Shown one piece after another: positions 36,825 to 46,859 of a DNA stretch of 64,000 nt (positions within the stretch are counted from its first letter, which is position 1; the number at the start of each line of letters is the position of its first letter). The stretch comes from Eubacteriales bacterium. GTDB lineage: Bacteria > Bacillota > Clostridia > Christensenellales > Aristaeellaceae. Under the pieces are notes generated by a model that saw nothing but the letters and a program-made list of their open reading frames with translations, was not told the DNA's origin and searched no databases. Made by a program: the position numbers and the translations under genes. The stretch is from positions 7,982 through 71,981 of the forward strand of contig JAVBPU010000014.1 of the NCBI GenBank assembly GCA_031549415.1. Direction: 5' to 3'.

Positions 36825-37931
36825 TCACGGTTTTTCTGTCCGGTGAAGGGCTTCTTCCACCGCGCGGCGCCAGTCGTCTGGATGGCCATCCAGGTCCATT
36901 TCCTCTTCCTGCGAAAACTCCACCCCGGTGGTGGCGGCCTCCACATTCCTGGCCTCCCCCTGCTCCTCCGTCTCTTGGGCGGCGAAGGCCGGTTCTTCGT
37001 CCTCCTCCTCTTGCAAAGGTGGCGCGGCGGGGGTGGGGATCCTCTGGACTGGCTGGGCGGGCTGCGCTTTGCGCCGGTCCCCTTCTCTGGCCCGCTGCCC
37101 AACCTCTCCCTGGGGAGGCGCGGGCCGGTTCCATTTGATGTCCGCCAGGGCAAAGGTCTTTACTTCCGAGCTATCACCTCGGCGTACGCGGATGACCAGC
37201 GTTTCCTTGATGACGTTGATATCCAACACCACACCAAAGCCATCCGGGGTCTCCACTTCTTTTCCCACCTTGGGCATCCGCTTGCGGGTCTGCTCATAAT
37301 GGTCCTGCTCATACTTGAGGCAGCACATCAACCGACCGCAAACGCCGGAAATCTTGGTGGGGTTTAAGGACAGGTTCTGCTCCTTGGCCATTTTGATGGA
37401 CACCGGCTGGAAATCGCCCAGGAAGGAGCCGCAGCAAATAGGCCGTCCGCAGGGACCCAGGCCACCCATCATCTTGGCTTCATCCCGCACGCCAATTTGC
37501 CGAAGCTCAATGCGGGTGCGAAAGACCGCCGCCAAGTCCTTCACCAGGGAACGGAAATCCACCCTGCCATTGGCGGTAAAATAAAACAAAATTTTGGCAT
37601 TGTCAAAGGTTTGTTCCACGCTGACCAGCTTCATGTCCAGCTTGTGCTCTTCAATTTTCCGCTGGCAAACGCCAAACGCCTCGGCTTGGAATCGCTCATT
37701 TTCAAGGCTATGCTCCGCATCCTTGGCATCCGCAATGCGCACCACCTTTTTCAGCGGCACGGTGATCAGGCTGTCCTCCACCTGGCGAACCCCGGTGATG
37801 ACCTGCCCATACTCAAGTCCCCTGGCGGTTTCCACAATCACAAACCCTCCGGCCATGGGCCAAAGGGGACCTGGATCAAAATAATAAAGCTTCCCCGCGT
37901 TTTTAAACCGCACTCCTACGACTGCTGCCAT
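36825..37931 (-). CDS. ricT: PSP1-domain protein RicT (YaaT) with a long acidic/Pro-rich C-terminal tail
   Basis: VGVRFKNAGKLYYFDPG...CGRLMCCLKYE PSP1 core. ATG at 37931. Conserved position after holB. Confidence 0.85.
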   Translation of the reverse strand: MAAVVGVRFKNAGKLYYFDPGPLWPMAGGFVIVETARGLEYGQVITGVRQVEDSLITVPLKKVVRIADAKDAEHSLENERFQAEAFGVCQRKIEEHKLDMKLVSVEQTFDNAKILFYFTANGRVDFRSLVKDLAAVFRTRIELRQIGVRDEAKMMGGLGPCGRPICCGSFLGDFQPVSIKMAKEQNLSLNPTKISGVCGRLMCCLKYEQDHYEQTRKRMPKVGKEVETPDGFGVVLDINVIKETLVIRVRRGDSSEVKTFALADIKWNRPAPPQGEVGQRAREGDRRKAQPAQPVQRIPTPAAPPLQEEEDEEPAFAAQETEEQGEARNVEAATTGVEFSQEEEMDLDGHPDDWRRAVEEALHRTEKP

Positions 37932-38941
37932 TGGCTTTTCTCCCCCTGTATCTTCATCATCAAATGATCTACGGTGGACTGCCAGTTCACCTGGCTGGCT
38001 TTCAGGCGCCTTGCCTCCGCCACGCTGTGCAAAAGGCGGGTGAGGCTCTCCACCGGCGCGGCTGCTACCGCGTCCCTCCAACCGCTTGGATAGGCAACCA
38101 GGGCCTCGGGCCGCAGCTGGCCCGTTTTGACCAACAGCGCCTGCCGAAACGCATTCTCCAATGCCGTAAAGTAACGGGACGCGCCTTCCTTTTCTTCCTT
38201 CAGGGCTGTGCTCAGTCCCACCACATCCGCGTCGCTGGCTGCCGTAAGCGCCTTGCCCACCAAGGTCTGCAATTCCCTGTCCTGCTGCCGGTCCTGCAGC
38301 ATGTCCAGCGCTTGGCCGATGTTTCCGCTGGCCAGGGGCAGCACCTGCACAAGGGCCGCATTGTCATATCCCAGAGCTTTCAGCGTATATTCCATCGCAT
38401 CGTCTGGCCAGGGGATCAGCTTCACCCGGGCGCAGCGGGAGGCAATGGTCCCCAGCAATGCGGTCAGCTCATGGGCTAGCAGCAAAAACACCACATTGGA
38501 CACCGGCTCCTCCAAGGATTTCAGCAGGCAGTTCTGGGCCTGGGGGGTCAGCTTTTCCACCGGTTCCACGATCACCACCCGGCAGCCGGAACCAAAGGCG
38601 TGCTGCGATATGGCGTCTATGACCTCCCGCACCTTGTCCACGCCAATCTGCTTGTCCCCCTCCGGGGTGATATACAGTACATCCGGGTTGGCCCCCCGAA
38701 GCACCTGCCGGCAGCCCTCGCATTGGCCGCAGGGCTTCTTTTCGGACGAACAAAACAGCGCACATGTGAGAACCTTGGCAAAGGTGGCTTTGCCAAGGCC
38801 CTGCGCGCCTGAAAGCAAATACGCATGCACGGTTTCCCTGCGCCGAAACTGTTCCAGCGCAATACCGCAGCCTGTGCTAAGCTTCCCATACTCCATCCAA
38901 CAAGGCAGCGTCTCTGCCGCCAACCCATCCCTGGCGCTCAA
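37916..38941 (-). CDS. holB: DNA polymerase III delta-prime subunit
   Basis: HAYLLSGAQGLGKATFAKVL, zinc module CGQCEGCRQV, and VVIVEPVEKL. The exact start is uncertain. Confidence 0.85.
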   Translation of the reverse strand: MSARDGLAAETLPCWMEYGKLSTGCGIALEQFRRRETVHAYLLSGAQGLGKATFAKVLTCALFCSSEKKPCGQCEGCRQVLRGANPDVLYITPEGDKQIGVDKVREVIDAISQHAFGSGCRVVIVEPVEKLTPQAQNCLLKSLEEPVSNVVFLLLAHELTALLGTIASRCARVKLIPWPDDAMEYTLKALGYDNAALVQVLPLASGNIGQALDMLQDRQQDRELQTLVGKALTAASDADVVGLSTALKEEKEGASRYFTALENAFRQALLVKTGQLRPEALVAYPSGWRDAVAAAPVESLTRLLHSVAEARRLKASQVNWQSTVDHLMMKIQGEKSQWQQS

Positions 38942-38962
38942 AAAATATCCTTTCCGCAGTGA

Positions 38963-39292
38963 TTACAGCTTCACAAACTGGTCCACCGTCAATACGAAAA
39001 TGGTCGCCCCGCCCACCACCACTTCAATGGGATAGGGGGAGTACGCCCCCGGCACACCCACCATGGAAGCGGGAGAGGGCGCGATCTGCTTTCTGCTTTT
39101 GCAAATTTTTTCAATGGTCGCCATGGCGGAATCAAAACGGTCATCCTCCACGCCCACCAAAAGGGTTGTGTTCCCAGCCCGCAAAAAACCACCAGTGGTC
39201 GCTAATTTGGTTACGCCAAAGCCTTCATTCATCAACTGGCCAATCAAGCGGGAGGCATCCTCGTCCTGTACAATCGCAATGATCAACTTCAT
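38963..39292 (-). CDS. darA: PII-like cyclic-di-AMP receptor DarA (YaaQ family)
   Basis: MKLIIAIVQDEDASRLIGQLMNEGFGVTKLATTGGFLRAGNTTLLVGVEDD. ATG at 39292 after SD AGGAGG. Conserved position next to holB. Confidence 0.78.
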   Translation of the reverse strand: MKLIIAIVQDEDASRLIGQLMNEGFGVTKLATTGGFLRAGNTTLLVGVEDDRFDSAMATIEKICKSRKQIAPSPASMVGVPGAYSPYPIEVVVGGATIFVLTVDQFVKL

Positions 39293-39394
39293 CTGCAATT
39301 CCTCCTTTTATGGCTCTTCCCTGGTCGCTTACAGTATAGCGCAAACGGGTCAAAGAATCAATGTTGGGATTGCGGCATTGCGCGCCCCCTTGGG

Positions 39395-40123
39395 TTACCC
39401 TTCCTTGGGAGATAGGCCTTTGCGGATCACCATGGATACGAAATTCATATACTTCCCCGCTCCGGCTTCCATAGCGGGCCGGTCGCTTACGGCATAAGGG
39501 TTGTCCGATTGCAGCCATTCCTGCCAGGGTTCTTCAAAGCTCTCCATTTGTTTTGTGTGTATGGCGCAGCCTGCCGCCTCCCCCGTCAGAAAATCCTGCC
39601 ACCAGGCGGCGCTGTGCCAGGTGTCCGCGTCCTCCTGGCTCCAAGACAGCAGCATGGCAGGCGGCAAGCCCTGGGTCAATTCCTCTTTCAGGCCCGGCAC
39701 CACGATGGCGATCACCCCGCCTGGCTTTACCAGCGGCAACAGCTTTTCCTCCAAGAACCCTTTTTCCCGGCCAAAATAGTGGTACGCATCCACGCTGACC
39801 ACCGCGTCAAAATAGCCATCCGCAAAGGGCAGCGCATTGGCGTCCGCGTGAATGGGGATGATCTGCTCCTGCCCCTGCTCCCGAAAGCGCTGGAAGTTTT
39901 CCGTGGCGGAAATCCATAGATCGCAGGCAAACACCTGGGCGTCATACACCTTGGCCAAATACAAGGAGGTCAGCCCCATGCCACATCCCAGGTCCAAAAT
40001 CCGCGCCTTCTTAGGCAGGGAAAGGTCCGTCAAAAGCTCACGAAGCAACGTCAGGCTGTTGGGTCCCATCAGATGACGGCTCACAAACTCCGGGTCCAAA
40101 ATTTTTGCGGGCAAATCATTCAT
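39395..40123 (-). CDS. Class I SAM-dependent methyltransferase
   Basis: ILDLGCGMGLTSLYLA motif I and DAVVSVDAYHYF. Confidence 0.75.
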   Translation of the reverse strand: MNDLPAKILDPEFVSRHLMGPNSLTLLRELLTDLSLPKKARILDLGCGMGLTSLYLAKVYDAQVFACDLWISATENFQRFREQGQEQIIPIHADANALPFADGYFDAVVSVDAYHYFGREKGFLEEKLLPLVKPGGVIAIVVPGLKEELTQGLPPAMLLSWSQEDADTWHSAAWWQDFLTGEAAGCAIHTKQMESFEEPWQEWLQSDNPYAVSDRPAMEAGAGKYMNFVSMVIRKGLSPKEG

Positions 40124-40145
40124 GTGGCTTTCTCCTTATAGGCAC

Positions 40146-40988
40146 TCAAAAATGCTCTCTGGATAGCGCATACCTGTCGATGGCCTGGGCTACGCCGTCC
40201 TCCGCGTTGGTCCCGGTGCTGTAGCGAGCGGCCCGCTTCACCGCTTCCGAAGCGTTGCCCATGGCCACGCCAAACCCGGCGTAGGTCAGCATGGGAATGT
40301 CATTGTCGTAATCCCCCAGCGCCATCACCTGGCTGGCCGCAAGCCCCAACTTCCCGGCCAACTCCCGGAGGGCAAAGCCCTTGTTCACGCCGCTGGGCAT
40401 CAATTCCAAATTGTCCTCCCAGGAGGAGGTCACATCCATCCCGGGGATAGGAAGCAGCAGCTGGCGAATCCTTTCCATCTGCGCTGGGTCCCGGTCCTCC
40501 ACGTAAACGATCTTGTTGATGCCCTCCGCCTTGAGTCGGTCCAGCGCCGGAAGGCCATACAGGTATTCCAGCGCCTCCTCCCGTTCCCGGTGGGTGGCCC
40601 AGTTTTTCTTTTGGGTCATATGGGGGCTTTCCATCACGATAATGCGGTTTTGCTGAAAGCAGGCGTAGGTCACATCGAATTGGCCCAGCACGTGAAGGGC
40701 TTTTTCCAATGTCTCCGGCCGCAGCTGGTGCTGCGCATAAGGCTTCCCAAAGGGCTTTTCCAAGCAATACCCACCGTTCAGCCCAATAATGTAGCAATGA
40801 TCCAGCCCAGCATCAACGGCAAAGACACTGCTATCGCCACTGGGCCTGCCGCTGCAAATGGCGATGGCGATTCCCGCCGCCGCCGCATCCCGCAAGGCCC
40901 TTACATTCTCCGGCGAAATCCGCTGCTCTTCATTGAGCAAAGTCCCATCCATATCCATGGCGATCAGTCGAATGTCATTGGTATTCAT
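40146..40988 (-). CDS. Cof-type HAD-IIB hydrolase
   Basis: IAMDMDGTLLN motif I and GDYDNDIPM motif IV. ATG at 40988. Confidence 0.82.
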   Translation of the reverse strand: MNTNDIRLIAMDMDGTLLNEEQRISPENVRALRDAAAAGIAIAICSGRPSGDSSVFAVDAGLDHCYIIGLNGGYCLEKPFGKPYAQHQLRPETLEKALHVLGQFDVTYACFQQNRIIVMESPHMTQKKNWATHREREEALEYLYGLPALDRLKAEGINKIVYVEDRDPAQMERIRQLLLPIPGMDVTSSWEDNLELMPSGVNKGFALRELAGKLGLAASQVMALGDYDNDIPMLTYAGFGVAMGNASEAVKRAARYSTGTNAEDGVAQAIDRYALSREHF

Positions 40989-40995
40989 AACGCTC

Positions 40996-41907
40996 CTAAA
41001 ACATCGGTTCAATCTGAAAAATTTTTTCGTTCAAGTAGGCCAGCGGCCCCGTGAGGGAAAAGGAAAGCTCTGTGGCGCAGAGCATCAGCCGCTTTGCCTT
41101 GTGCGCCTTGTTAAAGTCCCGGTCTCCATACGCGTCATCTCCCAGCAGCGGATGCCCAATGGCCGCCATCTGTGCGCGGATTTGGTGGGTGCGCCCGGTG
41201 TGCAGCACCACCCGCAGCCTGGAAACCTCTCCCTTTTCCAGCACCCGGTACTCCGTCACAATGGTCAGGGCTCCTCTTTCCGGTCTTGGCAGCACTTGCA
41301 CCCTTCCCCTCTCCGCATCCTTGAGAAGGTAGGCTGTCAGCGTGGCCTCAGAGGGCGAGGGGGTTCCCTTCACCAGGCAGGTGTAGCCCTTGTGAATCCT
41401 GCGCTGCCGAAAGCCTTCCTGCAATTCCCGCTGAACGGTTTCACTCTTTGCCAGCACCAAAATCCCCTCCGTGGGGTTGTCCAGCCGGTGGCACAGCAGA
41501 GGCGGCACTCCCTCCGTGTCCTTGTCCCGCAAAAGCGCCCAGGCCAAGTCCACGATGGTTTTTCCGCCCTTCTGGTCCGCTTCGCAGCTGACCCCAGGGG
41601 GTTTTCGTACCACCATCACATTTTCATCTTCAAAGAGAACGGGAATGGAAACCGCAATCCCGCCATAGGGGGTAAACAAACAAATTTCCGCGCCAGGAGG
41701 AACCTGCGCGTCCTTTGGGGCGCGAACCCCATCCACCTTCACATCTCTTTTTTCAAAGGCTTCCCGAATGGCGTATTCCGGTAGCTCCGGCAGCATGCGT
41801 TTGATGAGTGGAAGCAGCCGCGTATGTCCCAGGTCGGAAGGCGCCACAAATGCATATCGGTTCAATGCTGCAAATCCGCCTTCAACCCAATCCAATGGGG
41901 CGTGCAA
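40996..41907 (-). CDS. RluA-family pseudouridine synthase
   Basis: HRLDNPTEGILVLAKS catalytic-Asp motif and HTGRTHQIRAQMA. The start is uncertain because the track start overlaps the upstream gene by 46 nt. Confidence 0.82.
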   Translation of the reverse strand: MHAPLDWVEGGFAALNRYAFVAPSDLGHTRLLPLIKRMLPELPEYAIREAFEKRDVKVDGVRAPKDAQVPPGAEICLFTPYGGIAVSIPVLFEDENVMVVRKPPGVSCEADQKGGKTIVDLAWALLRDKDTEGVPPLLCHRLDNPTEGILVLAKSETVQRELQEGFRQRRIHKGYTCLVKGTPSPSEATLTAYLLKDAERGRVQVLPRPERGALTIVTEYRVLEKGEVSRLRVVLHTGRTHQIRAQMAAIGHPLLGDDAYGDRDFNKAHKAKRLMLCATELSFSLTGPLAYLNEKIFQIEPMF

Positions 41908-42899
41908 TTGTGTAACTGCTCCAAGGCCTGCTTCATGGCCTTAGTGGGCAAAACGCACAGCATAGAGGCCATCACGGCTTCCATTTCGCTGAGGCTCACC
42001 CCTTGCTTGGCCAGCATGCGCAAGTCCTCGGCCGCGTCGCCCACCTCATATTCTGGCCGCAAGGAGCCGTCCAGCGCCCCGCATATGGCCTCGTGCAAAT
42101 GCTCCTCCTCTAGGAACAACCCGTTCACGCCGCCTGCCAACATGTCCTGGGACAGCTCCAAGGTGAACAAACCCGCGCTGTTCATGGAGGAAATGAGGCG
42201 GTATGGGTCCGCCAAGCCGGGATGCACCAAAATCATCTCATTGTGGCTATCCGTCATATACTCAAAGGAGGACTTGAGGTACCTGCGGGCCAGGTTGTTG
42301 GCCAGGGGGTCCGTGCGTTCCATCACATCTTGCAAAAAGGCGGAGACGGGCTGCATGCAATGCAAAAAACCCGCGATGTACAAAAGCCCCATGATCATGG
42401 CATCGTAACGGTACAAAAGATCCGTTACCCGGGCATGCTCCGGCGTGTCCATCGCCAGCAGCATCGGCTCATGCAAAGGCTCGGGAAGTTCCAGCATCCA
42501 GGCGTCCTCCATCATGTGGAAAGAGCACCAAAGCCTGGAAACCAGCCCTTCCGCCGCGCCAATATCATCCCATTCGCTCAGGGCGATGGAACCCTCCGCC
42601 ACCAGCAGGCGCTCCAAAAGCTCCCTCTCTCCCTGGGAGAGATACAGCACCTCCAGCGGGAGCTGTTCCAGCACCCGCGCCCGCAGCCCTTCCACGGTAA
42701 ACAGGGTCTGGTCCATTTCCTCGTGATAATAGGAATTGTCCAGCAGCATTTGTACATCCAGCACCGTCACATCCTGGGAAAACAGGCCAACGCCGCTTTG
42801 GGCAGATAGGCGTCTTTCGCATGCTTCAAACTGCTTTTCACGCATCATGCTCATGGTATTTTCTCCCCAATCCGCATGGGGGATCACTTCCCGCAGCAT
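41862..42899 (-). CDS. Hypothetical protein (345 aa), no family recognised
   Basis: ATG at 42899 with SD AGGAGG 6 nt upstream. Codon usage resembles its neighbours. Predicted mostly helical and acidic. Confidence 0.6.
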   Translation of the reverse strand: MLREVIPHADWGENTMSMMREKQFEACERRLSAQSGVGLFSQDVTVLDVQMLLDNSYYHEEMDQTLFTVEGLRARVLEQLPLEVLYLSQGERELLERLLVAEGSIALSEWDDIGAAEGLVSRLWCSFHMMEDAWMLELPEPLHEPMLLAMDTPEHARVTDLLYRYDAMIMGLLYIAGFLHCMQPVSAFLQDVMERTDPLANNLARRYLKSSFEYMTDSHNEMILVHPGLADPYRLISSMNSAGLFTLELSQDMLAGGVNGLFLEEEHLHEAICGALDGSLRPEYEVGDAAEDLRMLAKQGVSLSEMEAVMASMLCVLPTKAMKQALEQLHNCTPHWIGLKADLQH

Positions 42900-42934
42900 G
42901 GGACACCTCCTTTCCCGAATTGGTTTTTTGCTTG

Positions 42935-44002
42935 TTATACCTTCACAATCCAACCCTGTGGGCCTTGAACCTTGCCCAACTGAATATCCACAAGGCGGTT
43001 GTAGAGCTTCAATGTCACATCCCCAATGCCGCCGTTCCCCAACAAGACCTCTTCATCCCTGTGGCAAATCTTGTTCACCGGCGATACCACAGCCGCGGTT
43101 CCGGTGCCAAAGGCTTCCAGCAGCTTGCCGGACTTGGCGTCTTGCACCACTTCGTCGATGGACAAGCGACGCTCCTCCACCGCAAAGCCCATTTCCTTGG
43201 CCAACGTCATCACGCTGTCCCGGGTGATGCCGGGCAGGATGCTGCCGTTGAGCTCCGGGGTTACCACTTTTTTGCCTTCATACACAAACATCATGTTCAT
43301 GGCGCCCACTTCTTCAATGTAGCGCTGCTCCACCCCGTCCAGCCACAGCACCTGGGCGTATCCCTTTTCCTTGGCCTTCACACCCGCCAAAATACTGGCG
43401 GCATAGTTGCCGCCGGTTTTGGCAAAGCCCACGCCGCCGCGCACCGCGCGAACCAGCTGGCTCTCCACATAAATGCCCACAGGTGCCAAGCCGCTGGCGT
43501 AATACGCGCCGGAGGGCGACAAAATGATATAGAACAGATACCGGTTGGAGGCGGCCACGCCTAAAAACGGATCGGTGGCAATCATGGTAGGCCGAATATA
43601 CAGCGACGTACCCTCAGCCTGGGGCGTCCAGTCCTTGTCCACAGCCAGCAACGCCAAAAGACCTTCCATGCAAAGCTCCACATCAATGCCCGCCATGCCC
43701 ATGCGCTCCGCGGAACGGTTCATGCGCAAAAAATTGTCCCTGGGGCGAAAAAGTTGAAAGCCGCCCTCCTGGTTGCGGTAGCATTTGAGGCCCTCAAAAA
43801 TCTCTTGGCCATAGTGCAGCACAGAGCTGGCGGGGTCCAGAGACAGTGGGCCATAGGGCTCCACCCGCGCGTCATGCCAGCCCTGGCCAGCGTCATACTC
43901 AATCAGCAGCATATGGTCCGTAAAAATTTTTCCAAAGCCTAGTTTGCTTTCATCCTCCGGCCTGGTCTTGGGGGTCGCTGTCTTGGTGATCCTGATGCTC
44001 AT
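42935..44002 (-). CDS. ilvE: Branched-chain amino acid aminotransferase
   Basis: Full-length class IV aminotransferase pattern (FGKIFTDHM..., YIRP..., GGTGAAKTGGNY-like GFAKTGGNYAAS). Confidence 0.92.
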   Translation of the reverse strand: MSIRITKTATPKTRPEDESKLGFGKIFTDHMLLIEYDAGQGWHDARVEPYGPLSLDPASSVLHYGQEIFEGLKCYRNQEGGFQLFRPRDNFLRMNRSAERMGMAGIDVELCMEGLLALLAVDKDWTPQAEGTSLYIRPTMIATDPFLGVAASNRYLFYIILSPSGAYYASGLAPVGIYVESQLVRAVRGGVGFAKTGGNYAASILAGVKAKEKGYAQVLWLDGVEQRYIEEVGAMNMMFVYEGKKVVTPELNGSILPGITRDSVMTLAKEMGFAVEERRLSIDEVVQDAKSGKLLEAFGTGTAAVVSPVNKICHRDEEVLLGNGGIGDVTLKLYNRLVDIQLGKVQGPQGWIVKV

Positions 44003-44075
44003 TTCTTTCTCCTTTGCATCCCGCCTGCTTCAAGCCACGCAAAGCAGGCCGTTTGCCAAATAGCGCTTATGGTTC

Positions 44076-44103
44076 ATTATAGACAGTTCTGTTTCCCTGT
44101 CAA
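44076..44103 (-). promoter_or_regulatory. Consensus sigma-A promoter upstream of ilvE
   Basis: Minus strand: TTGACA (44103..44098), 16 nt spacer, TATAAT (44081..44076). Followed by a leader hairpin GCCTGCTT-N11-AAGCAGGC. Confidence 0.6.
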
Positions 44104-44171
44104 GTTGTTTCGGCCAGTAAAAGCTGGCGCTATACGCAGGAACTGGATGCTTTTCACCCATTCTCCCAGGC

Positions 44172-45332
44172 TTACTTGGCCGGCATGGTGTAGGTATACA
44201 GATGCGTATCCTCGTCCAGGACGAAGGGAATCCCGGTCCAGGCTGTGACTTCCGTGATGGGCAAATACAGCACATTTTCCCATAAAACCGCCGTGCGCTG
44301 CTGCATCAGCTGAGGTTCGCCATTTTTGTAAATGGCCAGGCCAGTGGGCTGGCCTTCCGGGCCGACATCATAGACCAAGCGGTACACATCGCGGTTGTCA
44401 ATGGCAAAGGCATACTCCGCGTGGTTTGTGTCCTCCTGGGGCAGCACCATCACGTTTTCTTGCGCCAGCAACTTCAAGAAGGGCACCATCACGGTTCCAT
44501 CCCCCAGTCCCAAGGGAAGCAGCCTAGCCGCCTCTTCTCCCTCCGGGGCGTCCTGCAAAAGGGGCGTTTCTTTCCCAGCGCCCAAGAACCCATAGCCCTC
44601 CATTAAGGCTGGCGGCGCTTCCGTGGGCGCACCGGCGGGGCCCGCCGTATCTTGAGGAGGCGTGGCCGACATATTACCGGGCGCATCGCCCTCCACCTCA
44701 GATCCTTCATTTGCCCCAGAAACGTTCATGGAGGATTCCGGCACCACAGGGCTGACGGGTGTGGGGCTGCCTGTGGGCATAAAGGTGGGCGCTGGCGTCT
44801 CGCCGCCAGGGCCTGGGGTACGGGCCACCGTAGGCCGGGTCGAAATGTCCGGCGTTGCGGAGGCAGCCGGACTGGATGGAGTTCCCGCGCTGGGCGTAGG
44901 GGTGACGTCCGCAGGCGCAAAGACCACTTCCTTGCTTTCATAAAGCACCGTTAAAGTGCGTTTCCCCGCGATGCCATCCGCGGCCAAGCCCTGATAATAC
45001 TGGAAGCGTTCCACCGAGCGGCGGGTTTGGTTGCCAAACACCCCGTCGATATCCCCAGCGTAATAGCCCAACTCCGCCAAGCGGCGCTGCATGGTTTTGA
45101 CGTTTTCCCCTTTGTCCCCCACCCGAATGGTTTTGTATTCCACGTTGGGCGTAATGTTGGGGGTGGGCACCGGGGTAGGGGTTGGCGTGGCGGCAGGCGT
45201 GGCGGTGGCCACCAGGGCCACAGGCGTTGCCGTCAGGGTGGGGGCGGGCGTTACCGGCATCTCCGGGGACGTCTGCACGGAGGATACAAATATCATGGAC
45301 ATATAAATCAGGATGGTCTTTAACAAATCCAT
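44172..45332 (-). CDS. Secreted PG_binding_1-domain protein with Pro/Thr-rich linkers and a C-terminal copper-amine-oxidase-N-like domain
   Basis: GDKGENVKTMQRRLAELGYYAGDIDGVFGNQTRRSVERFQYYQGLAADGIAGKRTL. Confidence 0.75.
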   Translation of the reverse strand: MDLLKTILIYMSMIFVSSVQTSPEMPVTPAPTLTATPVALVATATPAATPTPTPVPTPNITPNVEYKTIRVGDKGENVKTMQRRLAELGYYAGDIDGVFGNQTRRSVERFQYYQGLAADGIAGKRTLTVLYESKEVVFAPADVTPTPSAGTPSSPAASATPDISTRPTVARTPGPGGETPAPTFMPTGSPTPVSPVVPESSMNVSGANEGSEVEGDAPGNMSATPPQDTAGPAGAPTEAPPALMEGYGFLGAGKETPLLQDAPEGEEAARLLPLGLGDGTVMVPFLKLLAQENVMVLPQEDTNHAEYAFAIDNRDVYRLVYDVGPEGQPTGLAIYKNGEPQLMQQRTAVLWENVLYLPITEVTAWTGIPFVLDEDTHLYTYTMPAK

Positions 45333-45355
45333 TTGAAAGCTCCCTTTCTGATCCG

Positions 45356-46741
45356 TTACTTCCCCTTGGCTTCCGCCTTGGGCTTGGGCACTCGCTTTTC
45401 CTTTTGTTTTCTTCTCACATCTTCATAATCGCGGTATTGCTTTTCCTTCGCGCCGGGCACATAGGTGAACGCCAAGCCCAACAGCTGATTTTGCGCCGCC
45501 TGGAGCTTTTGCACCAGATCCCGCAGCTTGGAGGGGCTGATGCGGTTCTCCGCCACCACCAGCAGCGTCCCGTCCAGGGCACTGCCCAGGGCGGCGGCAT
45601 CCGCAAACAGGCTCACCGGTGGAGAATCAAACAGCACATAATCAAACTCCTCCGTCATACGCTTTAAAAACGCGTCAAAGGCTTTGGAGCCCACCACCCG
45701 AGTGGTCATGGATTCCAGGTGCACCTGGTCAATCAAAAACAAATTGGGAAGGCCCGTGGGCAGCATCACCTGTTCGATGGTGGCCTCTCCCCCCAGATGA
45801 TGGATCAAATCCCGCTTGCCGTGCACCCCCAACAGCCGCCCCAAGGTGGGCGCAAAGCAATCCATATCCACCAGCAGCACCCGTTTCCCCTGGTTCACCA
45901 GCTCGCTGCCCAGCAGCACCGTCAGGCTGCTTTTGCCTTCATCCGCGCTGTAGGACGTAAGCACCAGCGAAGTGACGGGTTTCTTGTCCTCCCGCGCTTT
46001 CAGGCAAAGGGACAGGTTCTTGATTTCCTCCACACAAGAACGATTCACCCATTGAAGAAGCATGCGCTGTTGCTTGCCTTTGTTCTTAAAAAATCTGGAA
46101 AGGTCTTTGCGAAAATCGGGGATTTTCCCCAAAGTGGGCACCCCAAAATCCTCCGGGCCCACCTGCTCCGCACGGACGGTTTCCTGCTTGGGCACAAAAA
46201 GGAAAAACAGCAAAGTGCCCACCGCAAAGCAAACAAGAAACGCCAGCAAAATGGCAGGGACACGGCTGGGGCCAACGGGTTCCAACGGATACTGGGCGCG
46301 GTTTGCCACGGACACATTTTTCAAATCCGACACCTGCTGCAAATGCTCCGTAAAAACAACGCTGAGCGCAATGGCCGCCGTTTGGCACAATTCGGGGTCA
46401 GGCCCTGTAACGGTCATATTGATTACATGGGTGTCCGGCACGCCTTCCACCGTCAGGCGCATGCCGTCCATCGTATAAGGAGCCAGCTTCGCCTCCGCTT
46501 TATCCAGCAATTCCTTGTTCCTTAGCAACTGCTGGCAATCCCGGACGATCATGTCCCGGGTGCTTGGGGCATATTGTTCGTCCACGTCCACACCGCTTGG
46601 CAAAACATACAGGCCCACGGTGGAGCAGTACTGGTCCGGCATAAAAAGATAGGCATATAGACCCACGGCCACCGCAACTACCAGGCTTGGCAACAACAAC
46701 CAAACCCACACTTTTTGATATTTTCGCCAAGCGGTCCTCAT
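45356..46741 (-). CDS. Fused Wzz-domain/BY-kinase (polysaccharide co-polymerase fused to a CpsD/CapB-like tyrosine autokinase)
   Basis: Two TM segments flank a Wzz-like loop. Walker A SADEGKSS, A' VLLVDMD, B YVLFDSPP. Short Tyr-containing tail (KQYRDYED). ATG at 46741 after SD AAGGAGG. Confidence 0.8.
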   Translation of the reverse strand: MRTAWRKYQKVWVWLLLPSLVVAVAVGLYAYLFMPDQYCSTVGLYVLPSGVDVDEQYAPSTRDMIVRDCQQLLRNKELLDKAEAKLAPYTMDGMRLTVEGVPDTHVINMTVTGPDPELCQTAAIALSVVFTEHLQQVSDLKNVSVANRAQYPLEPVGPSRVPAILLAFLVCFAVGTLLFFLFVPKQETVRAEQVGPEDFGVPTLGKIPDFRKDLSRFFKNKGKQQRMLLQWVNRSCVEEIKNLSLCLKAREDKKPVTSLVLTSYSADEGKSSLTVLLGSELVNQGKRVLLVDMDCFAPTLGRLLGVHGKRDLIHHLGGEATIEQVMLPTGLPNLFLIDQVHLESMTTRVVGSKAFDAFLKRMTEEFDYVLFDSPPVSLFADAAALGSALDGTLLVVAENRISPSKLRDLVQKLQAAQNQLLGLAFTYVPGAKEKQYRDYEDVRRKQKEKRVPKPKAEAKGK

Positions 46742-46859
46742 GGCTGCACCTCCTTGGCGCTCTTCTTCCGTATGCAATAGCTATACAAAATTAGAATATC
46801 ATAACCATGCCCCTATGACAAGTCGAAAACGTCCAAATTCCATTTGACAAAATGATCCA

